DNA of 40,938 nt from an uncultured Anaerococcus sp. (lineage in GTDB: Bacteria; Bacillota; Clostridia; Tissierellales; Peptoniphilaceae). Below the pieces are notes generated by a model that did no database searches, was not told the origin of the DNA, and saw only the letters and a list, made by a program, of their open reading frames with translations. The stretch lies in NCBI GenBank assembly GCA_963511095.1, contig CAUPHU010000001.1:1-40938 (forward strand), read 5' to 3'. A program made the translations under genes and the position numbers. Of this stretch, positions 27,858 to 37,777 are shown piece by piece (positions within the stretch are counted from its first letter, which is position 1; the number at the start of each line of letters is the position of its first letter).

Positions 27858-28805
27858 TTAGTCGAATAGACCTGCTTTTTCCATTACAGTCCTTAGTGTA
27901 TCGACAGATTCTTTCATTCTTTCCTTTTCTGTATCAGTTAGGGGCACGTCTATTACCCATTTTACCCCGTCTTTTCCTATCACAGATGGGACACCAATGA
28001 AGATATTTTTTTCTCCATATTCTCCGTCAAGGTAGGAGGATGTCGAATAAACTGAGTTTTCATCATTTATAATTGCCTCTACTATCCTTGCAAGGGCTAT
28101 GCCTATACCATAGAATGTCGCACCTTTTTTATTAATTATTTCATAGGCAGCGTTTCTCACCTTTTTGAAAGTATCGAGAAGGGCCATTTCATCTACTTCT
28201 GAGTGGTTTGCAACCCATTCATAAATTGGAAGACCACCCACATTTGTATGAGACCAAACAGGAAACTCAGTATCTCCGTGCTCACCTAGTATAAAAGCAT
28301 CTACACTTCTTGGGTCAATTCCAATTAGAGAAGCTATTTCCTTCTTAAATCTTGATGTATCAAGGCTTGTACCAGATCCAATTACCTTCTCAGCTGGGGC
28401 TCCAGAATATTTCCAGGTTGCGTAAGTTAAGATATCGACAGGATTTGAGGCCACTACATAGATTCCCTCAAAGCCTGAATCCTTGATTTTTCCAATCATG
28501 TCCTTAAAAATCTTAAGGTTTTTATCTACAAGGTCAAGCCTAGTTTCACCTGGCTTTTGTGGGGCACCTGCTGTAATTACAACCACTTCTGCATCCTTGC
28601 AGTCAGAATAATCCGCTTTAAAAATCTCTTTTGGCTTAGTAAATGAAAGTGCATCAGATAGGTCCATGGCATCACCTTCTGCCTTATCTTCGTTTAAGTC
28701 AATTATTCCAAGTTGTCTACCTATACCTAAAATTGTTGTTGCGTAGGCAAAAGATGAACCAACTGCCCCATCTCCTACCAAAATAATTTTGCTATCCTTA
28801 ATCAT
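27858..28805 (-). CDS. ldh: L-lactate dehydrogenase
   Basis: VGDGAVGSS, QKPGETRLDL, NPVD, LDTSR, GEHGD, KGATFYGI. Confidence 0.96.
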   Translation of the reverse strand: MIKDSKIILVGDGAVGSSFAYATTILGIGRQLGIIDLNEDKAEGDAMDLSDALSFTKPKEIFKADYSDCKDAEVVVITAGAPQKPGETRLDLVDKNLKIFKDMIGKIKDSGFEGIYVVASNPVDILTYATWKYSGAPAEKVIGSGTSLDTSRFKKEIASLIGIDPRSVDAFILGEHGDTEFPVWSHTNVGGLPIYEWVANHSEVDEMALLDTFKKVRNAAYEIINKKGATFYGIGIALARIVEAIINDENSVYSTSSYLDGEYGEKNIFIGVPSVIGKDGVKWVIDVPLTDTEKERMKESVDTLRTVMEKAGLFD

Positions 28806-28901
28806 AATATCTCCTTTTTGTAAGACTAATTAAACTTTTCCTTATTTACTAATCTTATTCTAACAAAAATTTGAGATATTTCTATGATTCAAGTCACACT
28901 T

Positions 28902-29624
28902 TTATTTTTTTAATTCTTCTATTGCTCTTTTTGCCATTTCAACTTCGCCAGAGCTTGTAAAAGTATAGTCAGAAAAGGATTTTCCAAAATTATCATAGTC
29001 AATTTCAGTTTGACCTATATCTTTTCCTGACATATGGAAATTTTCTATGCCTGTTTTTTCGTAAATCTCTTTGATATTTTTAAAATTCACCCCAGAACCT
29101 GCCATAATTTCAATCTTATCTCCATATTTGTCTTGCAAATCTTTGATTAAATCAAGTCCCTCTACAGCCTTTGGCTTTTTGCCTGAAGTAAGGATCCTAT
29201 CAAAACCCATTTTTATGAGTTCTTCAATCTTTTCTTCCCCATCAATAGAATAATCAAAGGCCCTATGAAGGACGACCTTTTTAGGAAAGGCTAAATAGAC
29301 TAATTCCTTCATTGTCTCAATATCAAGATGTCCATAAGAATCTAGGACCCCAAGGACAAAGCCATCAATTGGCTTATCCTTAAAAGCCATTATATCAGCC
29401 TTCATCTGGCCAATTTCAAAATCATCATAGGTAAAATGCCCTGGTCTAGGCCTAATCATAACAAATTTTTCTATATCGTCATACTCACAACAAATATCAA
29501 CAAGACCAGCTGATGGAGTAAGGCCGTCAAGACCTAAACACGAGCAAATTTCAACCCTATCAGCCCCGCCAAAATAAGCCCCAATCATCCCATCAAAAGA
29601 ATCGATACAAATTTCTAGTTTCAT
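28902..29624 (-). CDS. cutC: CutC-family protein (copper homeostasis annotation)
   Basis: LEICIDS, GADRVEIC, GLTPS, MIRPRPG, HRAFD, RILTSG. Confidence 0.92.
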   Translation of the reverse strand: MKLEICIDSFDGMIGAYFGGADRVEICSCLGLDGLTPSAGLVDICCEYDDIEKFVMIRPRPGHFTYDDFEIGQMKADIMAFKDKPIDGFVLGVLDSYGHLDIETMKELVYLAFPKKVVLHRAFDYSIDGEEKIEELIKMGFDRILTSGKKPKAVEGLDLIKDLQDKYGDKIEIMAGSGVNFKNIKEIYEKTGIENFHMSGKDIGQTEIDYDNFGKSFSDYTFTSSGEVEMAKRAIEELKK

Positions 29625-29688
29625 AAAATTCTCCTTTCCTTATTTAATACTATTATAGCAAAGCAAAGTATTTTTTGGAAAAAATTAC

Positions 29689-29731
29689 AAATATAAAAGC
29701 TACAAGTTATAAACTCATAGCTTTTATATTT
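29689..29731 (-). terminator. Stem-loop after cysteine hydrolase gene
   Basis: AAATATAAAAGCTA / TAGCTTTTATATTT. Confidence 0.55.
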
Positions 29732-30260
29732 ATTCTTGCTTAAAATCAGCATATTTTATAATATTTACCTGGCAAGATTCCATCGATGCTAGGCTTGCCT
29801 CGTGGGCCTCTTCACTTGTGGCCCTACACAAGTCACGAATTACAGTCACTTCTGTATCTAGGAGGGCGTTTTTGATCATTATAGCATTTGATAGAACACA
29901 AATATCCGTGCAAATTCCTACCATGTAAATATTTTCGATTTTTTCTTTTTCATTTAAATCAGAAAGGTAATTGACGAGTTCATATGACCCAAAAGAAGGC
30001 TTATCTATAATTTTTTTATCCTTGGTATGAATCTTTAATTCCCAACCATGGGTCCCCTTGACACAGTGAGTCACAGGTAGGTGCTTACCTTCAAGCGTTT
30101 CCAAATAAGATTCCTCGTGGGTATCCCTGGTAAAAATGACCTCTCCCTTAAAATTATCAACTAGTCTTTCAATAGGCTCAACTATCTTGTCATTTCCCTC
30201 ATTACCAAGAGCTCCGTCCACAAAGTCATTTTGCAAATCAACTACTAACAGTACGTCCAT
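29730..30260 (-). CDS. Isochorismatase-family cysteine hydrolase (nicotinamidase-like)
   Basis: VVDLQNDF, TRDTH, PVTHC, DKPSFGS, GICTDICV. Confidence 0.88.
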   Translation of the reverse strand: MDVLLVVDLQNDFVDGALGNEGNDKIVEPIERLVDNFKGEVIFTRDTHEESYLETLEGKHLPVTHCVKGTHGWELKIHTKDKKIIDKPSFGSYELVNYLSDLNEKEKIENIYMVGICTDICVLSNAIMIKNALLDTEVTVIRDLCRATSEEAHEASLASMESCQVNIIKYADFKQE

Positions 30261-30303
30261 TTTCTCTCCTTTTTTCTTTTAAAAAATTAGACTTAGGATT
30301 TTC

Positions 30304-30732
30304 CTAGCCTTCCAAATCTTTTATTTCCCTATCTAAGCTCTCACTTATCCCTACTATAGCATGTTTTAGTTCTTTTAGGGCTATGATATTATTCTTAATT
30401 TCCCCTTGGACCCTAAAGTCTGTAAATATATTATCAAAAACCATATCGAAAATCTGATCAGAAAGCCTATCAGGTATGGCATCTGGCAAACTTATATTAA
30501 CATCACTGAGCTCTTTATTAAGAGCTTTAAGACTTGATGATATTTCATCTAAGCTACGGTTTGCTTCGCCTATCTTGTTTCTTTTAACAAGGCTTGAAAA
30601 AAAATCCCCACCTAAAATATCAAGGATTCCCCATGATGAGGCAGATTTTAATTGACTAATACCTTCATCAATCTTTACTATAGCAAGATTTGCAGAATCT
30701 CTTGCCTCTTTTAATTCCTTTAATCTATCCAT
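30304..30732 (-). CDS. Conserved hypothetical helical protein
   Basis: AAGGAG RBS; SASSWGILDILGG and FDNIFTD motifs; function unknown. Confidence 0.75.
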   Translation of the reverse strand: MDRLKELKEARDSANLAIVKIDEGISQLKSASSWGILDILGGDFFSSLVKRNKIGEANRSLDEISSSLKALNKELSDVNISLPDAIPDRLSDQIFDMVFDNIFTDFRVQGEIKNNIIALKELKHAIVGISESLDREIKDLEG

Positions 30733-30815
30733 AAATGCTCCTTTTTTATATTATATTTTAAGACTGATTGTTTGCAACAAAGTAATTTATTAAAGTACAT
30801 ATATTAAGAAATTTA

Positions 30816-30842
30816 AGTTTATAAAATTTAAGCTTGGGTATA
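30816..30842 (+). promoter_or_regulatory. Candidate SigB-type promoter
   Basis: AGTTT-N15-GGGTATA about 40 nt upstream of the superoxide reductase ATG. Confidence 0.55.
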
Positions 30843-30880
30843 TTAATTAATGTAGACTATTAAAAAAATGGAGGAATATA

Positions 30881-31234
30881 ATGAGATTAACTGAAACAGT
30901 TCAAACTGCAGATTGGAAAGCTGAAAAGCACGTACCTGTAATCCACGTTGAAAAGGAAGACGGCTTAATTCACATCAAAGCTAATGTAGGTGAAGAAGTT
31001 GAACACCCAAACACAGCTGAACACCACATTGCTTGGATTAAAGTATTCTTCAAACCTGAAGGCGCAAAGTTCCCAATTGAAGTTGGTTCTTATGAATTTA
31101 TGGCACACGGCGAAGAAGAAATCTTCTCACAACCATGTGTAGAAGCAAGAGTAAAATCTGAAAAAGGTGGAGAAGTATACGCACTAGCATATTGCAACAT
31201 CCACGGTCTTTGGGAAAACTCAGCAGAAATCTAA
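30881..31234 (+). CDS. Superoxide reductase (1Fe, neelaredoxin / class II SORL)
   Basis: EKHVP, HPNTAEHHIAWI, YCNIHGLW iron ligands; no desulforedoxin domain. Confidence 0.93.
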   Translation: MRLTETVQTADWKAEKHVPVIHVEKEDGLIHIKANVGEEVEHPNTAEHHIAWIKVFFKPEGAKFPIEVGSYEFMAHGEEEIFSQPCVEARVKSEKGGEVYALAYCNIHGLWENSAEI

Positions 31235-31244
31235 TAGAAATTTA

Positions 31245-31274
31245 AAAAAGCAAGGTTTTTAGGCCTTGCTTTTT
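31245..31274. terminator. Bidirectional terminator SOR/mtnN
   Basis: AAAAAGCAAGG / CCTTGCTTTTT. Confidence 0.75.
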
Positions 31275-31380
31275 GCTTGTTTATTTTTTCTTAAAAATCC
31301 TTATATTTTCGATTTTAAGCTTTTTCAATATTTACATATATAACTTTTAACTCAATAAAGAGCTTTCAATCGATAAAAAA

Positions 31381-32052
31381 TTAAAGTGCCTCTATTATGT
31401 CGTCAATTATTCCAACTGCAACTTTTGAAGCACGTTCAAAATTTTCGTAAAATTCCGTTCCACCTTCTGTAAGGGCATCCGAAACTGCCTTGATCATAAG
31501 AAAATTTGCCCCATACAGGTGGCAGGCAAGGGCAATTGCAGCGCCTTCCATATCGACAATATCGCAGTCCCAATCATTAGCGAGCCTTGTTTTTGCATCA
31601 AGACCTGCAATGAATTTATCACCAGATGCAAGCCTTACCTTTTTCAAATGAGGATCAATTTTTATTGCCAAATCCATCAAGCTTTCTGTAGCTTTCATTG
31701 CTACATCGTCAAAAATTTCATACTGACCTTTAGCAACACCATTTAAGTCTGATGTATCAAATCCGTAGTGGCTCACACTTTCCACAACTGTTAGGTCTTC
31801 TACTTGGCGGTCATTTAAAGCACCAACTACTCCATAATTTATGATGGTATGGCACTTATAAACATCAAGAAGCAAGGTCATGGCAAGAGCTGCACGAATT
31901 TGCCCCATACTTGAAGGGCAAACAAAAACATCCTTGCCGTGGATATGGTATTTTAAAACTTCAAAGCTGCCATGCTTATATCTCTCTATTGGTTCCTTAT
32001 AAATATCATAAAAAGCATCAAACTCTACTGCTACTAAGATCCCTATATTCAT
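31381..32052 (-). CDS. mtnN: 5'-methylthioadenosine/S-adenosylhomocysteine nucleosidase
   Basis: INYGVVGAL, ASGDKFI, VDMEGAAIA, IKAVSD. Confidence 0.85.
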   Translation of the reverse strand: MNIGILVAVEFDAFYDIYKEPIERYKHGSFEVLKYHIHGKDVFVCPSSMGQIRAALAMTLLLDVYKCHTIINYGVVGALNDRQVEDLTVVESVSHYGFDTSDLNGVAKGQYEIFDDVAMKATESLMDLAIKIDPHLKKVRLASGDKFIAGLDAKTRLANDWDCDIVDMEGAAIALACHLYGANFLMIKAVSDALTEGGTEFYENFERASKVAVGIIDDIIEAL

Positions 32053-32195
32053 TTAATCACCTCTGAATGATTATATGATTTATTAGATAGAAATCCAAAA
32101 ACTTATTTCAGTTCTTATGGCTTATGGTTAGCTCTTTAATTTAAGAATAGAAATAGTTACTAATTTCAAGTCTTATTTGCAATTAATTTTTAATA

Positions 32196-33230
32196 CTATT
32201 TTATCCCCAAAAGCCTATCAACCTCATCATGGTCCACATCTTCGAGCCTCTTTGTTGGCCATTTTGGGTTTTTGTCCTTGTCTATAAGAACTGACCTTAT
32301 TCCTTCTTCAAGGGCTCCACTTTTCCTTCCATATTTAATAATTTCCAGGTCTAAGTCGATAGTTTCTTCTTTAGTTAGCTTTTTGCCTACAAAATATTTC
32401 TTAAACTGAACTTCTAGGGCGAAAGGATCCCTATTTCTTAATACTTCAAGGCTTGCCTTGGCAAAGTCATCGTCCCTAGCATCTTCCAAGCTTTTTTTAA
32501 TCTCTTTTACTGAATCTTTGGAAAAATATTTTTCAATTTTTTCCATGTTTTTGCTATTTTCTGTCTCCTTAGCTTTCTTTGCCAAATCAGAAATAGCTTC
32601 CTTAAATTCTTCAATAAAATTATCTGAGTCTGTATCAAATTCCATTAGTCTATTAATAACTTCCTCATAGTCTTTTGAATCGATTAACACATGACAAAAA
32701 CCGTATTTTAGAAGGTCATCTGGATAGAGCCTTGCTCCTAAAAGACCCACGTATTGGCCTAAACCTTGTGGGAGTCGTGATATAAAATATCCTACAGCCA
32801 CATCTGGAGCGAAGCCTAGGCTTGTCTCTGGCATAGCCCAATTTACTGTTTCATCAGCAATTATGAGGTCAGAGTGGATTGTAAGACCAATTCCTCCGCC
32901 CATAGTTACCCCAAACCAGTGGCTTATGATTGGTTTTGGGTAGGTCATAAGGTATTTATCAAGGGCGAACTCCTCTTCGAAAAATACATCCTTATCCTTA
33001 GCATCATCGTTGTTTAGATAATCTGTATAGATTTCCTTAAGGTCGCCACCTGCACAAAATCCCTTTTCAACCTTTGAGTCAAAAAAAATAGCCTTAATTT
33101 CTGGATCTTTTTCCCAGGCTTTGAGTGTTTTATGAATTTCTCCTATCATACTGCGATTAAGAGCATTTAAAGCTTCTGGCCTATCTAAATAAATTATTCC
33201 AATCTTATTTTTAATCTCTGTCTGTATCAT
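32196..33230 (-). CDS. 3-hydroxyisobutyryl-CoA hydrolase (crotonase family)
   Basis: LDRPEALNAL, FCAGGD, TMGGGIG, AMPETSLGFAPDV, EGIRSVLIDKDKNPKW. Confidence 0.88.
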   Translation of the reverse strand: MIQTEIKNKIGIIYLDRPEALNALNRSMIGEIHKTLKAWEKDPEIKAIFFDSKVEKGFCAGGDLKEIYTDYLNNDDAKDKDVFFEEEFALDKYLMTYPKPIISHWFGVTMGGGIGLTIHSDLIIADETVNWAMPETSLGFAPDVAVGYFISRLPQGLGQYVGLLGARLYPDDLLKYGFCHVLIDSKDYEEVINRLMEFDTDSDNFIEEFKEAISDLAKKAKETENSKNMEKIEKYFSKDSVKEIKKSLEDARDDDFAKASLEVLRNRDPFALEVQFKKYFVGKKLTKEETIDLDLEIIKYGRKSGALEEGIRSVLIDKDKNPKWPTKRLEDVDHDEVDRLLGIK

Positions 33231-33341
33231 AATTCCTCCGAACTTTGTAATTTCATATCTTTATAATAATCAACGCTACCTTATATATACCAATATGATA
33301 TAAAAGTTAAACAATTATTGTCAATCCTTTAAAATATCCTC

Positions 33342-33371
33342 AAAAAAATAACCCCTATTAGGGGCTATTTT
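33342..33371 (-). terminator. Terminator of flavoprotein gene
   Basis: AAAATAACCCCT/AGGGGCTATTTT with T tract on the minus strand. Confidence 0.75.
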
Positions 33372-33383
33372 GAAAATTCTTTA

Positions 33384-35177
33384 TTATTTTTTAGCATTTG
33401 CTGCTGCGTTTTCACCAGCGATTCTTCCGAACACTGTGATGTCAGTCATAGCAACAGATCCAAGTCTGTTTGAACCGTGGATTCCACCTGTAACTTCACC
33501 TGCTGCGTAAAGTCCGTCAATCCATTCGCCATCTTTGTTTAGAACTTGCGCTTCTGTATTGATTTTTAGACCACCCATTGTGTGGTGAACAGCCGGAGCC
33601 GCTTTCATCATGTAGAATGGTGCGTCTTTTACTTGCCATCCTAGCATTCTTAGGTTAAATTCTGGGTCTTCTTTCTTTGCTGAGTTTTCGTTAAAGGTCT
33701 TAACTGTTTCTAGTAGGGCATCTTTGTCTATGTCAAAGTGGTCAGCTAATTCTTCTAGGGTATCAGCTTTTACCATTAGGCCTCTTTCGAATAGGCTTTC
33801 TGCCTCTTGTGGGTTTGAAGCCATTGTACCTGTTGTTTCGTTAGATGTTTCATCCCAAAGTACGTAGCCTACGTGGTCTGTTTGGTCTTTGATTGCCATT
33901 GAGATTGCACGTCTTGTGTCAAGCTCTTCAACAAATCTCTTACCTTCTTTGTTTATAAGAAGTGCACCACCAACAAGTCTTGTGTCTCCACAGTATAGAA
34001 GTTTGCCTGTTTCAACGTCACAAACTGGGTAAAGTTGGATTTTGTCCATATCTACTGTATCTGCACCAAGTTTTTCTGCCATTAGGATACCATCACCTGT
34101 AGCTCCTGGTGAGTTTGTTGATTTAACATATTCGTCAACTTCATTGTCGTTTTCGTAGCACATTTCATCGTTTGCACCAAATCCACCTGATGCAACAACA
34201 ACTGATTTAGCCTTTACGATCATTTCGCCATCAGCTGTTTCTACTCTTACACCAGCAATCTTGCCGTCTTCTGCTAAGATTTCCTTAACATCAGCTTCTG
34301 TTTGTACTTCGATTCCTAATTCTTCTGCCTTCTTTAGGTAGTTTTTGATTAATTCGTTACCTGTGTGAGCTGCTGGGATTAATGATCTCTTAACTGAGTG
34401 ACCACCAAAGAACATAAGTGAATCTAACCACTCAACTCCGATGTCATCTCTTAGCCAGTAAGCATCTTCTGTAGCGTGATCTGCAAGAACCTTGATTAGC
34501 TCTGGATTTCCACCAGCTTCTTCAACGTCTTTTGCAAATTGTTCCTTGCTATCTTCAATTCCTTCTTTTTCTTGAAGTTCGTTTGCTGGAGCAGCATACT
34601 CTCCACCTGAAATAAGTGTATTACCACCTACTGAAGCTAGTTTTTCAAGAAGGATAACTTCTGCACCTGCTTCTTTAGCGCTAACTGCTGCAGCAAAACC
34701 TGCACCACCGCCACCTATTACAACTACGTCAGTTTCTTTTTCGGTTGTTTCGCCTTTTTTAGCATCAGCTTCAGTTTCAAATGCCTTAACATCCCTACCG
34801 CTTGCTTCGATTGCAGCCTTAACTGCTTCTATAACTGCAGTAGATGTAACTGTCGCACCTGAAACTGTATCAACATTTACTGAGTTGTTTGCAACAATTT
34901 TCTCTACAAGACTATCTGCTGCCTTATCACCAAGACCTTCTGTTTCTTCGTGTTCAAGGTCGATTTTAGCAATTTTATCTCCGTCAAAAGTAACTACGGC
35001 CTTAAGATCACCATTGTGACCCTTAGCTGTACCTTCACCAGTAGCCTCTCCTGTAGCTTCTTCTACCTTTGTTTCTTCTTTTGCATCCTCAGCCTTATTA
35101 TTTGTCTCTTTTCCACCGCAAGCTGAGAAAAGCATGGACATAGATAAAAGTAATGCTAACGTTTTTTTCTTGTTCAT
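33384..35177 (-). CDS. urdA: Lipoprotein FMN-binding + FAD-dependent reductase, probable urocanate reductase
   Basis: Lipobox FSAC; FMNylation motif DTVSGAT; GGGGAG; ISGGEYAA, FFGGHS, IQLYP (Tyr rather than the fumarate-reductase His), HHTMGG, HGSNRLG. Confidence 0.78.
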   Translation of the reverse strand: MNKKKTLALLLSMSMLFSACGGKETNNKAEDAKEETKVEEATGEATGEGTAKGHNGDLKAVVTFDGDKIAKIDLEHEETEGLGDKAADSLVEKIVANNSVNVDTVSGATVTSTAVIEAVKAAIEASGRDVKAFETEADAKKGETTEKETDVVVIGGGGAGFAAAVSAKEAGAEVILLEKLASVGGNTLISGGEYAAPANELQEKEGIEDSKEQFAKDVEEAGGNPELIKVLADHATEDAYWLRDDIGVEWLDSLMFFGGHSVKRSLIPAAHTGNELIKNYLKKAEELGIEVQTEADVKEILAEDGKIAGVRVETADGEMIVKAKSVVVASGGFGANDEMCYENDNEVDEYVKSTNSPGATGDGILMAEKLGADTVDMDKIQLYPVCDVETGKLLYCGDTRLVGGALLINKEGKRFVEELDTRRAISMAIKDQTDHVGYVLWDETSNETTGTMASNPQEAESLFERGLMVKADTLEELADHFDIDKDALLETVKTFNENSAKKEDPEFNLRMLGWQVKDAPFYMMKAAPAVHHTMGGLKINTEAQVLNKDGEWIDGLYAAGEVTGGIHGSNRLGSVAMTDITVFGRIAGENAAANAKK

Positions 35178-35213
35178 ATTCTCTCCTTATATATGTATTT
35201 TTGTTCCTAGAGT

Positions 35214-35242
35214 ATAATATCAGATATTACGAGCGTTTGCAA
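35214..35242 (-). promoter_or_regulatory. sigma-A promoter of urdA-like gene
   Basis: Minus strand TTGCAA-17 nt-TATTAT. Confidence 0.55.
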
Positions 35243-35413
35243 GCACTTAAAATAGTACGATAAAGCGATATTTATAATTACTTAGGCTTTATAAGAATTA
35301 TTCAATAAAACCTAGTCTTTACTAGAATTTGGTGAATAATTATTATTAGAAAAATAAATTATTTTGATAGAAAATGAGATCTTGATACGAATATATAGGT
35401 GAAGGAGGCTAAG

Positions 35414-35938
35414 ATGCGTGAAGAGAAAATTATAAAGGGCATCAAAAAAAGAAATGAGAAGGCCTTAAAAATTTTTATCGACACCTACGGCCCAGTTATG
35501 AAAGCATCTATTTATAAGGTTTTAACCTTCAATGAAAATATAAGGATGGAAGTTTTAAATGACAGCATCCTTGCAGTTTGGGATAATATCGACTCCTTTG
35601 ATCCAAAAAGATCAAGCTTTAAGAACTGGTGTGCAGGTGTGGCAAGATATAAGGCCATAGATGCTCTTAGAAAAGAAGTCAGACACAAAAGTGTAGACTT
35701 CGATGAAGTGGAAAATTATTTAGAAGATGATAATGAGATTTACTTAGATGAGACAGATGAGATTCTAAAGGTCCTAGACGAAAAGGACCGTGAAATTTTT
35801 AGGAAATTATTTATAGAAGGCTACTCCTATGACGACCTTGCCAAAATCTACGACATATCAAAGGCAGGACTTTATAACAGGGTAGCAAGGGGCAAGAAAA
35901 AAATAAGAAAGGAAATTCGAGATGAAAAATGTTTATGA
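35414..35938 (+). CDS. ECF sigma-70 factor
   Basis: Region 2 (VWDNIDSFD..SFKNW..ARYKAIDALRK) and region 4 HTH; start at ATG 35414 after AGGAGG. Confidence 0.9.
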   Translation: MREEKIIKGIKKRNEKALKIFIDTYGPVMKASIYKVLTFNENIRMEVLNDSILAVWDNIDSFDPKRSSFKNWCAGVARYKAIDALRKEVRHKSVDFDEVENYLEDDNEIYLDETDEILKVLDEKDREIFRKLFIEGYSYDDLAKIYDISKAGLYNRVARGKKKIRKEIRDEKCL

Positions 35939-36908
35939 TAAGATAAATGACCTAGACTTTGAAACTGACGAATTTGAATTAAATGATATAGAAAGAGAGA
36001 AATTATATATGACAGCAAAATCTTATAAGAAAAAATCAAATAAAAAATACCTAGCAGTTGCAGCAGCCCTACTTCTTGCAGCAGGACTTACAGTCCCTCC
36101 TGTAAGGGCAGGTGTTTCTAAGGCTTTCACAGACCTTAAAGTATCTATGATGGAAACAATCGGAGCAAGCCCAGAATCATATAAGTATATAACTGAACTT
36201 CACAAGCCAATAGAGATTGGAGATGAATCTATTGTTCTCGAAAATCTTGTAATCGAAGATGACAAGATCTATTCAACTATCCTACAAGACCCAAAGGGAA
36301 GAAGTATTGAAGAATCAAATGAAACAGCAAGTATCTACAAAGTTGTGATAAACGGTGAGACTTACAAGGCTTGGGGAGCAAGCGGGTCAAAAGGAATGTC
36401 AGATGACGGCAAGTCCTTTGTTTCTGAATCTATGACAACATTCGACAAGACTTTCCCAGAACTAGATCAGGCAGATATTGACCTTTACATTGGAAGCGGC
36501 ATTTCAAATGAAATTGTATCAATCAAAGCAAGCTCTAATATTGTTAACAAAGATAACAAAATACTTGCAGAAAATTACAAGCTAGAAAATGGTGCAAATA
36601 TTAGGCTCATGAAGGTAAATCCAATAGCTATGACCGCTGTGATAGAAGGACTCGACTCAAACTATGATTATCAAATCAAAGGTGTTGACCAAGAAGGCAA
36701 AGAAGTATCCCTAGACCTAAGAACAGGCTCTGATGGAGTTTCAACCTTCATCTACAATTCAACATTCTCAGACCTTAGTCTAGATGAAATAAAAGATGGA
36801 AGAGAAATAGAATTTACCCTATTGGGAGCAAAATTAAATGAATCCTCAGGTAAATTAACTAACGATAACTACGAAAAAATCGCAGAATTTACTCTTTCAG
36901 CAAAATAA
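35922..36908 (+). CDS. Putative membrane-anchored anti-sigma factor (DUF4179-like)
   Basis: Overlaps the ECF gene; short cytoplasmic N-terminus, basic patch, TM (YLAVAAALLLAAGL), beta-rich extracellular domain. Confidence 0.75.
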   Translation: MKNVYDKINDLDFETDEFELNDIEREKLYMTAKSYKKKSNKKYLAVAAALLLAAGLTVPPVRAGVSKAFTDLKVSMMETIGASPESYKYITELHKPIEIGDESIVLENLVIEDDKIYSTILQDPKGRSIEESNETASIYKVVINGETYKAWGASGSKGMSDDGKSFVSESMTTFDKTFPELDQADIDLYIGSGISNEIVSIKASSNIVNKDNKILAENYKLENGANIRLMKVNPIAMTAVIEGLDSNYDYQIKGVDQEGKEVSLDLRTGSDGVSTFIYNSTFSDLSLDEIKDGREIEFTLLGAKLNESSGKLTNDNYEKIAEFTLSAK

Positions 36909-36917
36909 ATCAACTTC

Positions 36918-36952
36918 AAAAAAGTAGGTGAATCAAAATCACCTACTTTTTT
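36918..36952. terminator. Bidirectional terminator
   Basis: AAAAAAGTAGGTGA / TCACCTACTTTTTT perfect stem between convergent genes. Confidence 0.85.
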
Positions 36953-37325
36953 AGTATGCATAATAAACCATCTTATAGGTCATAAAAACCTGATAGCAAG
37001 CTATTATGATTAATAAAATTATCAAATTTAAGTTTATACTCATGGAGAAAATCATGGCAAATGCCATAAAAGGAATTGTTAGAAAATAGAGCAACTTATA
37101 TTTTTTATCAATACTTTCTAAATAGGCATTTGTTTTGTTAGAAAATTCTATTCCTATTCTTTTTTGATAAATCAGGGTAAGGATCGCCCAAACTGCGGTG
37201 GCTATGAATAAATATATAGTCTGATTGGCTCCTAGTTCATAGACAGCACCACTTATCAAAATCCATAGGATAGCATAAAATCCTATGTAGGTATTTTTTT
37301 CTTTATTAGAAATAGTATTTGTCAT
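36951..37325 (-). CDS. Small 4-TM membrane protein, paralog A
   Basis: Start placed at ATG 37325 after AAAGGAG; MTNTISNKEKNTYIGF...; four hydrophobic segments. Confidence 0.75.
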   Translation of the reverse strand: MTNTISNKEKNTYIGFYAILWILISGAVYELGANQTIYLFIATAVWAILTLIYQKRIGIEFSNKTNAYLESIDKKYKLLYFLTIPFMAFAMIFSMSINLNLIILLIIIACYQVFMTYKMVYYAY

Positions 37326-37380
37326 AAAACTCCTTTCACCTCTTATTATGTACCTACCCAGGCTACCCATAAATAAAACA

Positions 37381-37749
37381 CTAAATTTCTATCATCTTGT
37401 ATGATTCATAAAATAAAATCGCTGACGCTAGACCTACTAGGTATATGAATCTAATATCATGGCTTATGGCGATACTCATAGCTATGGCAGTTAAAAATAG
37501 CGCTAGGTAATATCTGTAAGTATCTTTTTTGGGAAGGTCACCTAAGTATGTTCCTATTTTTCTATCAACTCTAATACCAAGATATTTTTGGTATAGGGTA
37601 AAAATTAAGGACCAAATTGCGAAAATTACAACGAAATGCAACCTAGCATAGGTTCTGTAAGTATAAACTGACAGCATTAATAGAATCCACATTCCAATTA
37701 AAAAGCCCAAATAAATTCGTTTTTCCTTGTTCGAAATATTCCTTGTCAT
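37381..37749 (-). CDS. Small 4-TM membrane protein, paralog B
   Basis: MTRNISNKEKRIYLGF...; aligns by eye with paralog A (ISNKEK, TLxYQK, GI, YL). Confidence 0.75.
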   Translation of the reverse strand: MTRNISNKEKRIYLGFLIGMWILLMLSVYTYRTYARLHFVVIFAIWSLIFTLYQKYLGIRVDRKIGTYLGDLPKKDTYRYYLALFLTAIAMSIAISHDIRFIYLVGLASAILFYESYKMIEI

Positions 37750-37777
37750 GATTTTTCCTTTCTTTTCTTTTTATATT

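Noticed and set aside
27746..28000. 84-aa ORF overlapping the ldh 3' end
   Set aside because: Runs through the ldh terminator and antisense to ldh; AT-rich, no RBS.
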